DNA from: Raja brachyura
Lineage: Eukaryota
Direction of reading: 5' to 3'
Length of the DNA: 64,000 nucleotides
Assembly: GCA_963514005.1 (NCBI GenBank)
Contig: OY740808.1
Coordinates: 17,856,001-17,920,000 of the forward strand
The translations under genes were made by a program, and so were the position numbers. The notes below the pieces were generated by a model. The model saw only the letters and a program-made list of their open reading frames with translations. It was not told the DNA's origin and did no database searches. This document shows, in pieces, positions 35,007 to 49,463 of the stretch. Numbering within the stretch: position 1 is the stretch's first letter; every line of letters begins with the position of its first letter.

Positions 35007-38000
35007 AATGTAAGACTTTCAGAGCAGTTTGGCTGTTTATTTTCTATTGGAAGTATTGATGAACGAGTGTAGCACCTGTTAAATGCAACCACAGTGATCG
35101 CCGTGGTTAATGAGCCAACTCCACAGGAAAGGACTGGAGGATGTTGCCAAATAATTTTGGAGAATTTATTTTGTCATGCGTCATTGCGCCCTGGTGGTGT
35201 TCTTTGCTTCATATCGGAGGGTCGAAGGAACTTTCACGTACAAAGCAAGTGGCTGACTGGACCCGTGTTTCAGTCACTGATTCACTCAACTTTATTTTGC
35301 TCCTGGACTCCAACATATCACAAAAGACATGGGCACATATCGGTGGCCCATCCGTCGACATGGTTTTCCTGCTATCAAAATGTCAATTGGTGATACCTTC
35401 TGTCACCATTGCACTATGTGCCAATCGTCATATGTCCTGGGTTTATCTCAGTGTTTCAGACTCAGTGTCTTGCCACATATCTCTACCAGCTACTTATTTT
35501 CATATGTACCCAATATTGGGTGATTGTAGACATCAGTTGGAAGATGGATTGTTTTATCTCCATGGTAACCAGGTGCCAATTCATTTCTTGGTTTCTGGAG
35601 CAGTTACATTTGATCCTTGTTACACAGACTGTGAAAAACAATGGTGCGTTGGTGCTTAATTCCCTCCACCCTGTCTCATATCCCTGCTGATTGCAATGTT
35701 TCTATGAAAGACGAGAAAATGATTGCGACCATACTGGATTACCAGGTTTCCAATGTGTTAATATCGCTATCTCTCAGCAGTTGTTAAGTTTTCATGGCTA
35801 CTTGGATGTTGCTTTGTGGCCTGTTTTATTGATAGGATTTCACTGGTTGCTAGATATCAATACTGTCACATTTCATTGTCAAATTTCCATGGATAACGAA
35901 TTACAGTATATGGCTCAGTGTGTTTTGCCAAGTGTCTATGGTTACAAGATATATAACTATAGTTACTGATTCATGACTCATTGTGCTTCTGTGATGTCAG
36001 GTTCCAGCCATAGACTATTCTGCTATTGTTGGCAATTTTCTGTTACTATACTTAATTGGATGCTGATGAACAGATCTAGTTTGTTCCTGGTTTCCCTGAA
36101 CTTCGATATTGGTCCAGAATTACTGGACTCCATCCGTCATTAATTACTTGTGATAGTCTGAAGGATTTTGAAATCATTGCGTTGATGGGACATTGCCCCA
36201 ACCTCCAACCTGAATCCTTTACTTCAGTGCAATAAAAATATTTAGGAATTCCTGAATTCTACAGTACTTCTGATCCACATAGCACATGATTTGTTTTGTG
36301 AAGTCTTTGCCCCATTCCCACCATGAAGTGCAAAGTGCCAATGGACTTTACAAATTAAGGAAAATTTAAAACAGCGATTTAAGAGAAAGTAAAATATTTA
36401 TCATAGGTATTTCTGTGCAAGTGTACATAATGTTAAAAAACTAATATACCAAGAATTTGTGATAACAATGAGAAAATCTGAAAATGGTGATTACATAGCA
36501 TGAGTTGCTTTATCAACATGTCTTCGATGAACAGTGACAATGTATTACATCTTAATAATTGATCAGTTGCAACAAGGGTCAGCTATTAATCCGAATTTAG
36601 GGAGCAACATCAACGCTGAATTTTATTATTTTATGTTGTATTTTGATTTAGTTACAGTACCACTAAAATGTTTAAACCTCATATTTTGGCTGTAAAAAAT
36701 ACAAAAGTGATGAGTATAGTATTTTCTGGTTATATTTTTGTTTAGGACTACTACATTTAATGTGTACTGAAAAATAATAATAACAAGGATGGATTTGGCT
36801 CAAAATGTACCACAGCTATTGCCATAGCCTATTGCTGTAATAGAAGGAGAAACAAAATAGTTTGCAAGTGTGTCAGGACTGAGAGCTAAACTGATTGAGG
36901 TCATAACAATGAGTTCAGTTCCATTTGGAATGACGTCTTTGGCTTCTTCTTGGATTTGTCAGAAGGCTGTGCTATATTTGGACGCATTGTTGAACCTAAA
37001 TAGGGTTTAGGTTGCCTGATTTGAGTTAAGCTAATTGTTCGGTTGATTCTGAGGACTACAACATGAAAGGAAGTTTTGGAAATATTTTCCGCCCTTCAGA
37101 AACTTAATGCCCCAGTTAATGAGTTGTTTCTCTTCCTACTATCCTGTTTCTTCTTTTCTACACCTTGCCACATCCCTTGAAAGGAAATTTAAACATGCTT
37201 ACTCCATTTCACAGTGCCTCTGGAAATGTTCGTACCCAATTATTCAGACAGGTGATTAATTAATTTTATCAGTATGAAAATACCTTAAGACTTTTTATGT
37301 AATGTCATGTATGAACCTCATAAGGAAGATATTGGTGCAAATAATTTGTTTCTTGAAGAGAGATACACACTGGGTCTCCTTACGAGAAAGTACAGTACTA
37401 TATGTATATACAAAATTATGTTCACTGATTCAAGCTATTATTGTTCCCGCATTTTATTTTGTTGCAGAAGCTATAAATAATAATGCACTTTGATCTTTTT
37501 AGTTTTATTTTAGGTTCAAAAATTATTTATGTATTCTGGATATTGACCGTTATCAGAGGATGTGGGATTGATGCAGGAAAGTGATGATGAATTAAAGAAA
37601 GATCAAACTTGTGGAGTGTGTGAAAATGTCCCATCTTCCCTGTCTACCTACCTTCCTCTGGGCTCTACCCAAGGAATGCGTAGCAAACGTAAAAAATATA
37701 TCCCACTGCTTTTCACATTGCACAGCATGGTTCCTTGAGCGCATAATCTGTACACATTAAATTAGTTAGCATTGTATAGCAACCATCTGTAATATTTGAT
37801 ACAGAGAGCTGATTGTGACTAGTTAACATCATGACTCCTGGTTGATTCAATGATGCCTCATTGAAAATTATTTTATAGAAAACCCTTCTCTGCATTGCCT
37901 CCAGTGCAAATGTATTCCTGCATCAATATAGAGATCATGCTGAACACAGTGCCACTGATGTGGTCTCACAAGTACCCTATAAAATAGTATCTATACTTCC

Positions 38001-38339
38001 TTACTTTTGTACCCATACCACGTGCAGTAAGCAATTGAAATTCTATTTATATCCTGTATCCACACACTTTCTGCTTCTGTCACATAACCATTGTACTGCG
38101 ACATTTTGTAGTCACCATTTTAAAAAAAGTATTGATTTTTAATTTTTCCTTTCAAAGTGGGTAACTTAACATTTTCCCACTTAAAACTCCATCTGCTGAA
38201 TTGTTGCCTCATCACTTAATCTATCGAGATCCCTATGTGGGCTCTTCACAATGTGGGTTAACTCATCAATATTTGTATAATCGCCAAATTTAGCTGATTT
38301 CTGTTCAGATTTGTAGTTTTATGGTGTTATCACAATCAA

Positions 38340-39165
38340 AGTCATAGAGTCATACAGCACAGGAAAGTCCATTCAGCACAACTCGTCCATGCCGACCAAG
38401 TGCCCATCTATGCTAGTCCGATTTGGCCATCTTTGGCCCATATTTCTCTAACCCTTTCCTATCCAAATATATTTAAAATTTGGATCAAATTGAGTTTCTC
38501 CAGCACTTTTGTCTACCTTTTTAATCTTACCACTCTTAACTTAAATCTACGTTCTCTAGTTTTCGATTCTCCCCTCCTTTGGAAAATAACTTTGTGCATT
38601 CACCTTAACTATGCCCGTCATGATTTTGTACACCTCTATAAGGTTACCCTTGGTCTCCTATGCTCCAAGAAATAAAGACATAGCCTGCTCAATCTCTCCC
38701 TGTCACTCAGGCAGGGTAATTAAAACTGAACACAACACTGAACAAGTGTGGCCTCACCAGTGTTGTCCAACATAACATCCCAACTCCCATACTCAATCCA
38801 TTAGATAATGAAGGCCAGCATACCAAACGTCTTCTTCACAATGATGCCTGCTTGTCACACCACTTTCTGAGAATTGTATTTGCACTCCTGGATTCCTCTA
38901 CTCTATGATACAGCCTTACCATTCACTATGAAAGTTCTACCCTGATTAGTCTTCCCAAAATGCAACACCTCGTACTTGTATGAATTGAACGGGTTTCGCC
39001 ATTCCTCAACCACTTGCCCGGCAAATCTAGATCCTGCTGTAAATGTTGAGCACTATCTACGATACCACGTATTTTACTGTCATCTGCAAACTTGCTAACC
39101 ATGCCTTGTGTGCTCTCATCCAAATTATTTATACAAAATGATGAACAACAGTGGACCCAGCACAG
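38340..39165 (-). mobile_element. Decayed CR1 fragment
   Basis: INNLD..VSKFADDSKI..LQQDLD RT motif plus CR1 3' tail. Confidence 0.85.
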
Positions 39166-42100
39166 GTAGCTTAGGTGAAGTGTAGAGATGTAACTGCAGG
39201 AAAGTTGGAGTACCACATCTCATGATGAAGGATATGACTGCAGAATCCTCCAATTTCTCAGGCAATTAATTTTTGACTCGCCTTTACTCCAAGAGATGTA
39301 CTGTAATCGTTTATGATGAAGGAGACCACCATATCTCCTTCACATTCTAGGTTTGGAAACCTGCTTGTTTAGGAGAGGCCCTTCTGGTAAATTGAGCCAG
39401 CAAAGGAGCAGGATGAGATGCCCGTCTGCCTTAGATACCCTAAAGTAGGAGATTCCCCCCGTTGAGTACCAAAGAATCTATACCCTCCATTTTCTAGAAA
39501 GAAAGCCACATTATCTTCACAACCAATTGTTTTAACATACGCACCCGCCTCTGGTGATCTATTTTGGTAGTGTATGGCAAGATACTGAAGTCATGAAGCT
39601 CAGAGTACCAGCAGCCTAGAACATGCTGTGCTTGCAGTCACTCTATACAGCTGGGAAAGCCATAAGTTTAAACAAGTTTAAAACCATGGCTTAGGGTGAA
39701 GAATAACAAATAAAGAGAAAATTGCAAATGCAGGAAATTCGAAGCAGAAACGGAAAATGCTGAACAGCATTACTGAACAGTTTAGCCAGTGCATGCAAAG
39801 GGAGTTAGTTATATCGTGTGTGATATATCTTTACCATCAGTACCAGGATGGTATTAATGCTAGAGAGAACTGGATGGAATATGTGGTGAATGATAGCTAA
39901 TGTTTGGATTGCACCAAATTATAAATGTATAAAGACAATTATGTCAGGTAACATTTTTATTGATTTGTGATTAGTCTTGAGGTTCTGACATGCTAATAAT
40001 TCCACCAGCCACCATGCACATTGTCCCAATTTCTCTACATCCCGAGGATGACACAGTTTCAAACATCCAAGTTTCAAAACTACTCACACTTATTTCCATT
40101 CAGTGATAAAGTAAGTATGAATCTAAATAAATTAAGAGTGTGGGATATTGAATCTAAATACTTCATGTACATCAAAGTTTAGCTGTTCCATGTGTTCATT
40201 TCATTTGGTTGTTCTTGCATCCTCACAGTGACGTATACCCTCAACTAGTGACATTCCTATTGCTGATGAGGTAAATCCAGTGGAATTATTTCATAAACAC
40301 GCAAGGCACTGTGGGATTTAGTTGGAGGAAATAAATAAGCTGATTTAGCTAAATGATCCCTCCTGCAACGTGTACAAACTCTGTACCAAGTTTTGTTCTT
40401 TAAAAATGCCAAAAACTAGTCTGGAATAATTCTCATTCTATGGCACAACACATGTAAACTAATTCCAAACAAGTGAGCCATGTGATTTACACCTCTGAGT
40501 AAGTGATCCCATCTCTATGAAATACTCCTAACACTCCCTGTTTCTGCCATGTATAACCATTTCTTCACCCTGCAGGCAGACAGTACGACAGTGTCAGTAA
40601 TGGGGTGATAATGCTGAGCACCAAATCCAGGGGTGAGGGCAGATTCTTTCGTGAAAATTACATTTTAATTGTGTTCTTTGTGAAGTTCAAATTGTCGGGC
40701 AGTAGCAATGAATCAGTGCTTTATGGCTTCAGCTTGTGGTAAATTTTGTGCCTTTTGAGTCTTTGCACAATGAATAAATTGATTAATTCAAAATTTTGTA
40801 ATTATCATTAATCTGCAAGATTTATTTCAACTTTAAAATCGTATTTTTGCACCAGTTTTCAGGGATGTGAAAGAAGCTGCTTTGCATTAATGAGGCTGTC
40901 TAAATCGGGTTAATTCCTGTACTTTTTACTGCTGAAGAAATGCTTTAAGGATGTACTAGGAGTTGCAGCATTTCTAGTGGTGGCCCACGTGGTTTAAAAG
41001 TCAGGTGTTTCATCCCTATTGCTGAACCCAAGGTTCAAACATGAAGCTCCATGAAGCAAGGATGAAGCTGGGGGGTGGTGGTTGGGAAGAGGGACTATTT
41101 CAGGCAGGGACGATTATCAGCCATCATGCTTGACCTGGTTTAATCATGAATCTTATATTATTTAAGAAATGTGTTTTGCATAATTTACGAGCATGCCGAA
41201 GCTCGATCCTGGCGATCTGGCTCTGCTCCTCTTTATGCCCATGACAATCATCAACCTGCAGCACACTGGAGACCCTTAGAAAGGGGCTCCGGACTAGTTG
41301 GGCTCAGGGATGTGCACACTCTATTGTTTATCATGAAAAATTTTAATTCGAATGCAGATACATTTCCACATAAAAAGTGGCTGGTTTGTAATCAAGATTG
41401 TTTAATTTAAGACAAATGAGAGGAAGATAACTTGATAATGTTTTACTTGGGGCATAATTAAAAATAAGTAAGTAAAAGCTGATGAAGCTTGCACAGTCTC
41501 AAGATTGTTCATCACCTAACACTTTGCTGTTTTTGTTTGGGTCAATTGTATTGAAAAAAGGTGCAGAGCACCAGGGCTGGAATGATCCAGGGATAGGCTT
41601 GTCTCCAGGTGTGTTCAGTCGGACACGTGCATCACAGTGTACGCTGGTACAAGCCCACATTAGCCCCCACGAAGATATGCTGCATCTTCAACTTCTATAC
41701 TGTGCTTGAATTTTAAAAAAAAGGAAAAAAAAAGTTTTTTAAGCTTTTGTCTATTGACTGAATCTTGTTGTTATTATATCAGATGATGTATATAGTCTGG
41801 GGAAAAAAGAAGTATCTTATTTGCAGAATGTCTGACCTCCTCCTTCCCTTTCTCCCCCATTCATTGACCCTCTGGTCTTCAATCTGCATTTTTTTCAAAC
41901 AGTGTCTACCCTGTTGTGTAATGGATTCAGCTGTAATTTTTATGGTGGCATGAACGTGGATGAACTATCTTCAGTGTAAAATTCAGAATCGGTGGGGGAG
42001 AAGGGACAAGAAAGACATGTTATGTTATTTATTTGTGAAACTGTCTGTTTGACATCATTGTGACATTCTGACATTCCAAACTGAACTCTTGTCTGAATTA

Positions 42101-45100
42101 TTACGGTGCATGTGGTCGTATTTTATTGCTTATATGATTCTTTGAATCTTCTTCTTGTGTTTTATTATGAATTGAAGTGTGAAGATTCAAATGGACATTC
42201 TCTCCTCTGGTGGATCACTTAGTAATGCCAGCATGTAACTGAGCCATCCCGAGGAACAGGAGAAGACTTTTAAGGCCCTCAACTTTGTTATGTGTTCTGT
42301 CATTCAGTGAGACCTGTATTAATCCAACAACTTTGGGTCTGAATGCCATTAGCCAGCAAAATCTAACGTTGTTTAACATGAGATAGATCTGATCCTCTCT
42401 TTGAGGGTTCTACACGACCATCACCCTTTCCATTAAGAGGCATTCCCTGTCTTCTTCTGAATGGAGAACAATGTTCAATTTCCTGTCTCTGGGAAAATGA
42501 TTTGATCAAAGCCATTTTGGCAGCTGAGACTTCTGCTGCCAAAAGCATTAACCCATTTAAGTGCTTTCCAATGAATGCCCTCTGAAAAGTAGATGGGTGG
42601 GTGTTCTAATGAATTGGTTCTGAGTGTGTCTCCTCCTGTTCCGGATATAAGAGTGGCCACTTATCTAACATAGTTGTGGGATATTAACCGCTAATAGAAG
42701 TGTATCCCAGGATTTTTTTCAAGGGGAGAGGAGAGAAAAGTGGAAGAAAGGATTTTGTATACTTCCGATGTGAAACGTGGCATTTATCATAACGATGCCT
42801 GAATCTTCCTAGCTCTCTAGACCAAGTTGGTTTTATAAAGGTAGTACTGATGAGATATTAATTTATAAAGCACCTTATCACATCAAAATATCTCAAAGCA
42901 CTTTACCAAATTGATTACTGTTGGACCATAATGACTCATTGGAATACCATTGTGGTTTTGTGTACTGAGAAGAATATTCAGTTTGCATTAGCAAGGGTGA
43001 AAAAACAATATTAAAGTGTAGTCTGCCTGCAATTCTTCAACTTGGTCCATGCCTCTCTTATGCCACTTACTAATTTAGGCGGCAACAATCCTGCCTAAAA
43101 TGATAACCAGGTCTCATTTGAACAAAGGTAAGCTTGTTTAATTGGTATAGTGAACACTGCTCTCCCCCAGTTAAATGCAAGTGTTATTACATGTGAACTC
43201 CTGCCACAAACTAAGTGCTGGAAACTGCTAAAACCGTTAGCCCACTTGTTGGTTGAAACTCATTCAAGATTTTTGGTTTAAGAATTTACACACTGCACCA
43301 TTCATCACACAACTTGTTTGTCTCATTTTTCAACAGAATAGTCTGGAAATCCGTTTTCACTGACCATATTAGCACAAATGCCACATCTTAGTTTCCATTT
43401 TCCTACATACTTCAAAGAATCATTTCATATTTTTTACCACTAATGTAATAGTTCTTGCAAAGAGAGGGAAGATGCTTATTGTTAGCAAGATTTTTAATTC
43501 CAATTAAAAATAAGTACACAAGCCAGTGAATGCAATGGTCATAGTTTACTTTGAACATATCAGTGTGTGCTCTGTATAGGGGCCCATCACACGACAACAC
43601 AAGGCTGGACTTGTACTTGGTTAACATGGTAATTTCAGTATGTTATATCCCTTAACTTTGGGATTCATAAGTACAGGTCAGTAGTTTTATAATAAATGAA
43701 AACAGACTGCTTCACCATCAATGTATACAATTTTTAATTGCTTAACTGTATTTCTCAGATCTTGCTATGACAAGCAGCTGTTTCTGGATAAGGAAACCTA
43801 ATCTACCAACGACAGAAACGTTCAGACCAATAACTAATTTTGTAGCTCATGCTAATCAGATACAGCCCTTCCCAATTGTACAAACATGGCCAAGTAATGT
43901 ACCTCTCAAATCAGTGATCCCACAATCTCAGAAGCTCGCACCATTAACGCTTATCAAAGGTTACAGGTCAGACTCAAAGCGTAGGTGCCGAAGGAGCTAC
44001 AAACATTTCACAACGGGAGAGTGTCTGACTCATCGTTGCTGCATAGATGTTACAGCTCCATATCAGCTGATTTCACTTGAACAACCGTGTGGAGCATTAT
44101 TGTTGTGTGCACTCAATCACTCATCTGGATGGTAAGTATCATTGAAATCTCCACTTGAGTACAACAGTCTACTTTGACAGTCCAAGGAAGGTACTGCTTT
44201 TTCAGATGAGTCATTAACTGGTTGTCTAAATAAAACGTGGTTTTAACAAATTTCAGTCAAATGGCTATCTGTCCATTTTCATTTTTTTGTTTGTGAGAGC
44301 ATTTTCCTTTGGAATTGGCTACAGCACTTCCCACTTTGCAACAGTGCACTTCAAAAAGCACATCATTGGTTGTGAAGAGTTTTGGGGCATCCCGAGTGGT
44401 CCTCTCGCATGTTTGGCCTTGGATGAAATTTTCTATGGTAAAATTCCTAGTGGACAGTTTTACCTGGAGTTAGGAACATGCGCAGGGCAGGAACGAGCAA
44501 TTGTGCCAACAAGGATCTGTCGCTGCAACCTACCAGCAAGACTGACAGAGGTGCAAGGGCTGTAAGCAAATCCTTTTCCTCATCCGTCCTGCTCCCAGTG
44601 GAGTAAATGTGCTTTTTTAATCATTATAATTCAGTTTTATTTCTCATATATAGGTTAACACAGGGTCAACGGTACAATGAAAAGTGTTTGACACATGCCT
44701 TATGTGACCAGTCATCTTATGTCCCTTGTAGCCCTAAGTGGAATTCTCAGGAGCCTGAAAACTCACTGAATCACTCCTTTGAAATAACAAGATGGCGCAG
44801 AGATGGGGTGGGATAGTGAAAAATTTAGTAGAAGCCCCTGAAATGGAAAAGGAGAGTAGAAATGGAGTAGAGTCTCTTTATATCACTCAATAAGACATCC
44901 TTCAGAGATGAACTTTGGGGCCAGTACATTTTAAAATACCTGTACACAGCATCACTCATCAAACAATTTTAAGAGGTTCTGCAGCTCTGATGTTTGATTC
45001 ATTCAGGCCTTGGGTTTCTCACCTTCATTTGGAGTTGATTAAGAATTGTTATGTGGAGGGTGCATGTCCAATGAACTTTCCATTCTATTTCTTCATTTCC

Positions 45101-45143
45101 AATAATGGGAAATTAGAGTGAGGTAATTCAGATATCAGGCAAA

Positions 45144-45733
45144 CAAGTCAAGTCATGTGTCCCAGATAGGACAATGGAATTCTTGCTTGCTGCAACACAA
45201 CAGAATATAGTAAGCATAAATACGGAACAGTTCACTGTATCTATATAGCATAGACCATATATATATACACACATAAATAAACAGATAAAGTGCAATAGGC
45301 TGTTATAGTTCAGTTTGTTTGATGGCGAGTTTAATAGCCTGATGGCTGTGGGGAAGAAGCTGTTCATGAACCTGGATGTACCAAATTTCAGGCTCTTGTA
45401 CCTTCTACCTGATGGCAGCTGAGAGATGAGTGTGTGGCCAGGATGGTGTGGCTCCTTGATGATGCTGGCAGCCTTTTTGAGGCAGCGACTGCAATAGATC
45501 CCTTTGATGGTGGGGAGGTCAGAGCCAACGATGGACTGGGCAGTGGTCACATCTTTCTACTCCTAAACGCTCGAGTTGCCGAACCAAGCCACGATGCAAC
45601 CAGTCAGCATGCTCTCCACTGTGCACCTGTAGAAGTTCGAGAGAGTCCTCTTTGACATACGGACTCTCCGTAATCTCAGGAAGTAGAGATGCTAATGTGC
45701 TTTCTTTATAATTGCATCAGTGTGCTGGGACTG
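45144..45733 (-). mobile_element. Rex1-type LINE 3' fragment
   Basis: Closely similar to 15560-16160; same (CTTGA)n tail. Confidence 0.9.
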
Positions 45734-47466
45734 CAAATGTTGAACCATGGAGCCGAGATTAAATAAAAATAAAGTCACCTGCCACCTTCTGCCAAGAAGT
45801 GAGTTTAGGTAATATCCAGTGGCCATAGATTCAGAACACAAAATTGAGGCGTTTTAGCAATAAATTAAAGAGCAGGGAGACTCCAAGTATTACTGATTTG
45901 CAAATAAACGTACAACTGTGGAGGGCACAGCTTTTAAATAATGATATAGTCCATTACTATATAAAATGGGGAAAAAAGTGCCACAATTAAATCAGCAATG
46001 TTATAGTGGTTAGTTGAGGTTCTGAAGCCTCATTGATAAATTTGGATGTGCTGTGATGGAATCTGAAGGAACCAGTGACACCTTATGAGAACCTGGTGTC
46101 CTTGTACAAACATGATAAACAACCTTCATATCCAAGTAATGTGGCAGTCCAAGGCATGGTTTAATATTTTGTTGACTAAACTTATGGGCAGCATTCCTTG
46201 GACAGGTGTCAATGTAGACCAGTTCATGAATTATAACCTCTTTACTTAAGATAAGAATTCCAAAACAAACTAAAGGCCAATAGGAGAAGGCTCCATCTGG
46301 TTTGCATCTTGTTTGAGAATGATTGATATTAACAATTATGAATGATTTGTTACTTTATTCCAAGAAGATAGCTTTAGGCCAAATCTGGTTTCAAAACTAA
46401 ATTAAACAAAAATAAATACAAGGATTGAAAAATAATAAATCATTTATTGCAAAGCAGTACATCAGGAAAGTTGCCTGATAATACTCCACACTGTTACCGC
46501 ATTCTAAAAGAGTACAGCTGCATGTACTGCTTTACAGTGAAATGGGGAAATTGCAATTATTCGGTTTTCTCGTAGTTTGAAAGGCTGCAGATAGTAATTT
46601 TTCATTGAATTGTCTGTTTCCTTATCATTTTTTCAATGGCTCTCCTCTCCATGTATCTTCCAATCTGTGCTGTTTCACTCTGGTGTTCGAGATTGCTGTA
46701 ATCACTGCTGTACCTGTTAAATATCTGATGTCCATACTTTGAAGGTGCTCCATCTGCACAATTCCTTGAACACACAATCTTCATGAGAAAGGAAAAAATA
46801 ACTTACTGTATTTAGCACTTCACTGATAACTGCAGGACATTTTACACTTCACTCGTACGAAGTAAACAAAGTGTACGCTCTTATAACATCAGAAATGTCA
46901 CATTAATTTATACATGCAGAGAACGTATAACCAACAAAATGAAAGATGGATGATGTTGCTGGGATAAATATTAGCTGGACAATGAGAGAACTTCCTTGCT
47001 CATCTTCAATAATGTCTTGAAATATTTTACAGCGATGGAAGAGGATTGTTGGTTGAAAGTTTAAATTAAAAGACAACATTTCTAACGTTCAGCATTCCCT
47101 CAACAACTAAACTGAGGTCAGCCTTGGCTTTATGTTTGAAGTAGCATTGAACAAGTACCCTCTGATTCAAAGATGAGAGAAGCACTAACTTAGCCACAGC
47201 TAACACTGAATATCATGAGCTCTTCTCAAAGCTGCAGGTAATTTAATTACCTCTCCCAATCTCAATGTTGGCTAAAATTGTTGCACATTCACTTTGGCTA
47301 CCATCTACTTTTTAAATTTAATCATTGAAAAATCTACGCTCAGCTCTTCAACCATACACTTAACGTCACTTTCCCATCCTCCTGTTCCCATGCCACCTCA
47401 TCACCAATCTCGTGCTGATTTCCTGCATCAATCAGTTGAATAACTTTGGATTTCCACCTCGACTAA

Positions 47467-47799
47467 AGGGCCTGTCCCATTTACGTGACCTTTACAAGCG
47501 ACTGCCGGCACCCGTGATAGGTCGCTGAAATTTTAAACGTTGAAAATTCAGCGGCGACCAGAAAGATGCTACGACTCTTTGGAGACCTCTCACAACCAAA
47601 CTGGCGACATGTCGCGGGTGACCTCTCACGACCATACAGCTTGTATGGTTGTGAGAGGTCTCCTGTGGTCGTGAGAGGTCTCCAAAGAGTCGTAGCGTAT
47701 TTCTGGTCGCCGCTGAATTTTCAACATGTATAAAATTTTGGTGACCTATTATGCGTGCCGGCAGTCGCCTGTAAAGGTCACGTAAGTGGGACAGGCCCT
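47467..47799. mobile_element. PIF/Harbinger-type MITE
   Basis: TAA TSD at 47464-47466 and 47800-47802; long TIRs starting AGGGCCTGTCCCA; almost entirely palindromic. Confidence 0.88.
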
Positions 47800-49463
47800 T
47801 AAAACTGCACAAGTCCTTGTGTGATTCAACTTTGGTTCACTCTTTCCATGACAAAAAAACCTGGACTTTCAATTTCTTCTCAGCTTTCTGACCATCAAAT
47901 GCTCCTTTGCAACCATTGTGATTCCATTCCTTGCTACCTCATGTTTAATTTATATTATCCTTTTCTCACGAACTAGCAGAACATTACAGTACTCAAAGGT
48001 TTTATCAATTGCAGAACTCCAAGTAGTTATTTAAATCCACCCACTCACTGACAAAGTTCATGAAAACTGATGAAATGTCATGCATATGTGAAATCTAACA
48101 CAGCTTTACTTTTTCAACAATGTCTTTTAGTCTAGCTCAGCTGGTTTGATACAATACATTGCTGGTATCATGTATTGGCTTTCCACTGCTTGGTTAGCAG
48201 GCAACAAAAGCTTATCACTGTACCTCGGTACATGTGAAAATAAACTAAACTAAATTTAATCCTTATATTCATAGCCCAGTTTCTCCCTGGTTATTTTTCA
48301 CTCTACCTCGTGTTCAAACTGCCCAACTTTCTGGACTGAATTACATATTATTAATAGATGATGTTCAGAAAAATTGGCTTCAGTCCACAGTTCCCTTCAT
48401 TCTGCCACTCCATTTCACAACTATTCCTGCCCAAAGCATTTACACATCTTCTCACTTATAATTTCATCCACATTCATTAACAGTTTCCCTTTCAGTATTT
48501 ACAGTAATAAAGGCTGTATATGAGCAGCAATTATCCTGAATCTAAGGATGGGTCCCGACCATGACATGGTACCTATCCATTCCCTCCACCAATGCTGCCT
48601 GACCAATTGAGTTGCTCCAGCACTTTGTTTTGTTGCTCAAGGATCAAATTTCTGCAGTCTCTTGTGTCTTCATTGTCGTAATGTATCCCTGTCCACTCTG
48701 CAGGAATTCTGAGATGCACAGGTATAATTTGCGAAGGCAGAGTCCCAATGAAGCATCCGGAGATTATAACCAGTTTCAAACATCAGTACAAGATATCGTT
48801 GGGAATGAAGAGAAACAGGAGCACTTGCATTTGGTTTTCTGAAACCATATTCACTGCTTTGGAAATTTTCATCTTAGAAACGATGGAATAAGAACATATT
48901 TTAGCTCCTGAGGTTCTCACATTCCACACAGCAATTATTTAACACAGAAAGCACTTTGTGCCGAAATTATAAAATTGGTAGAGATTTTCAAATGAATTTC
49001 ATACATATCTAAATAATACTATTTTAAGAAGCAAAATGCAAACACATTCAACATTTTAAAGGCCGTTGTTTCAAACATTTGTTTCCATATCAATTGATTG
49101 ATAGAACTATCACAGGCAGAGACACTGCATTACGCTAATGAAAGGTTTATTAAAAATATCAATCTGATTTAATGTTATTATTTTGGGTATAGGAAGCTTA
49201 AAGATGTATGTAAATCAAGCTTTGTTTTGCAAATTATCTGCTAAATAATTGCTTCTGTGTAATTAAATATGGTGTAAATAAATTTGATCATTAGTTTTAG
49301 CCTGAATATTTGGTCTTGCAGTGTGGTGTTTTGTACCATTTTGGTGAATGCAGGAGTAAACTGATGGTTATTTCTAATCTGAGCATTTCAATATATGAGA
49401 GGTGATTAATCAATAGTACCCACTCCATTACATTGTAGATTTGGGGAAAAGAGACATTTTTAA

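Noticed and set aside
35094-35969. Cluster of medium ORFs after the GRK3 stop
   Set aside because: No recognisable motifs or splice-phase chain; consistent with 3' UTR.
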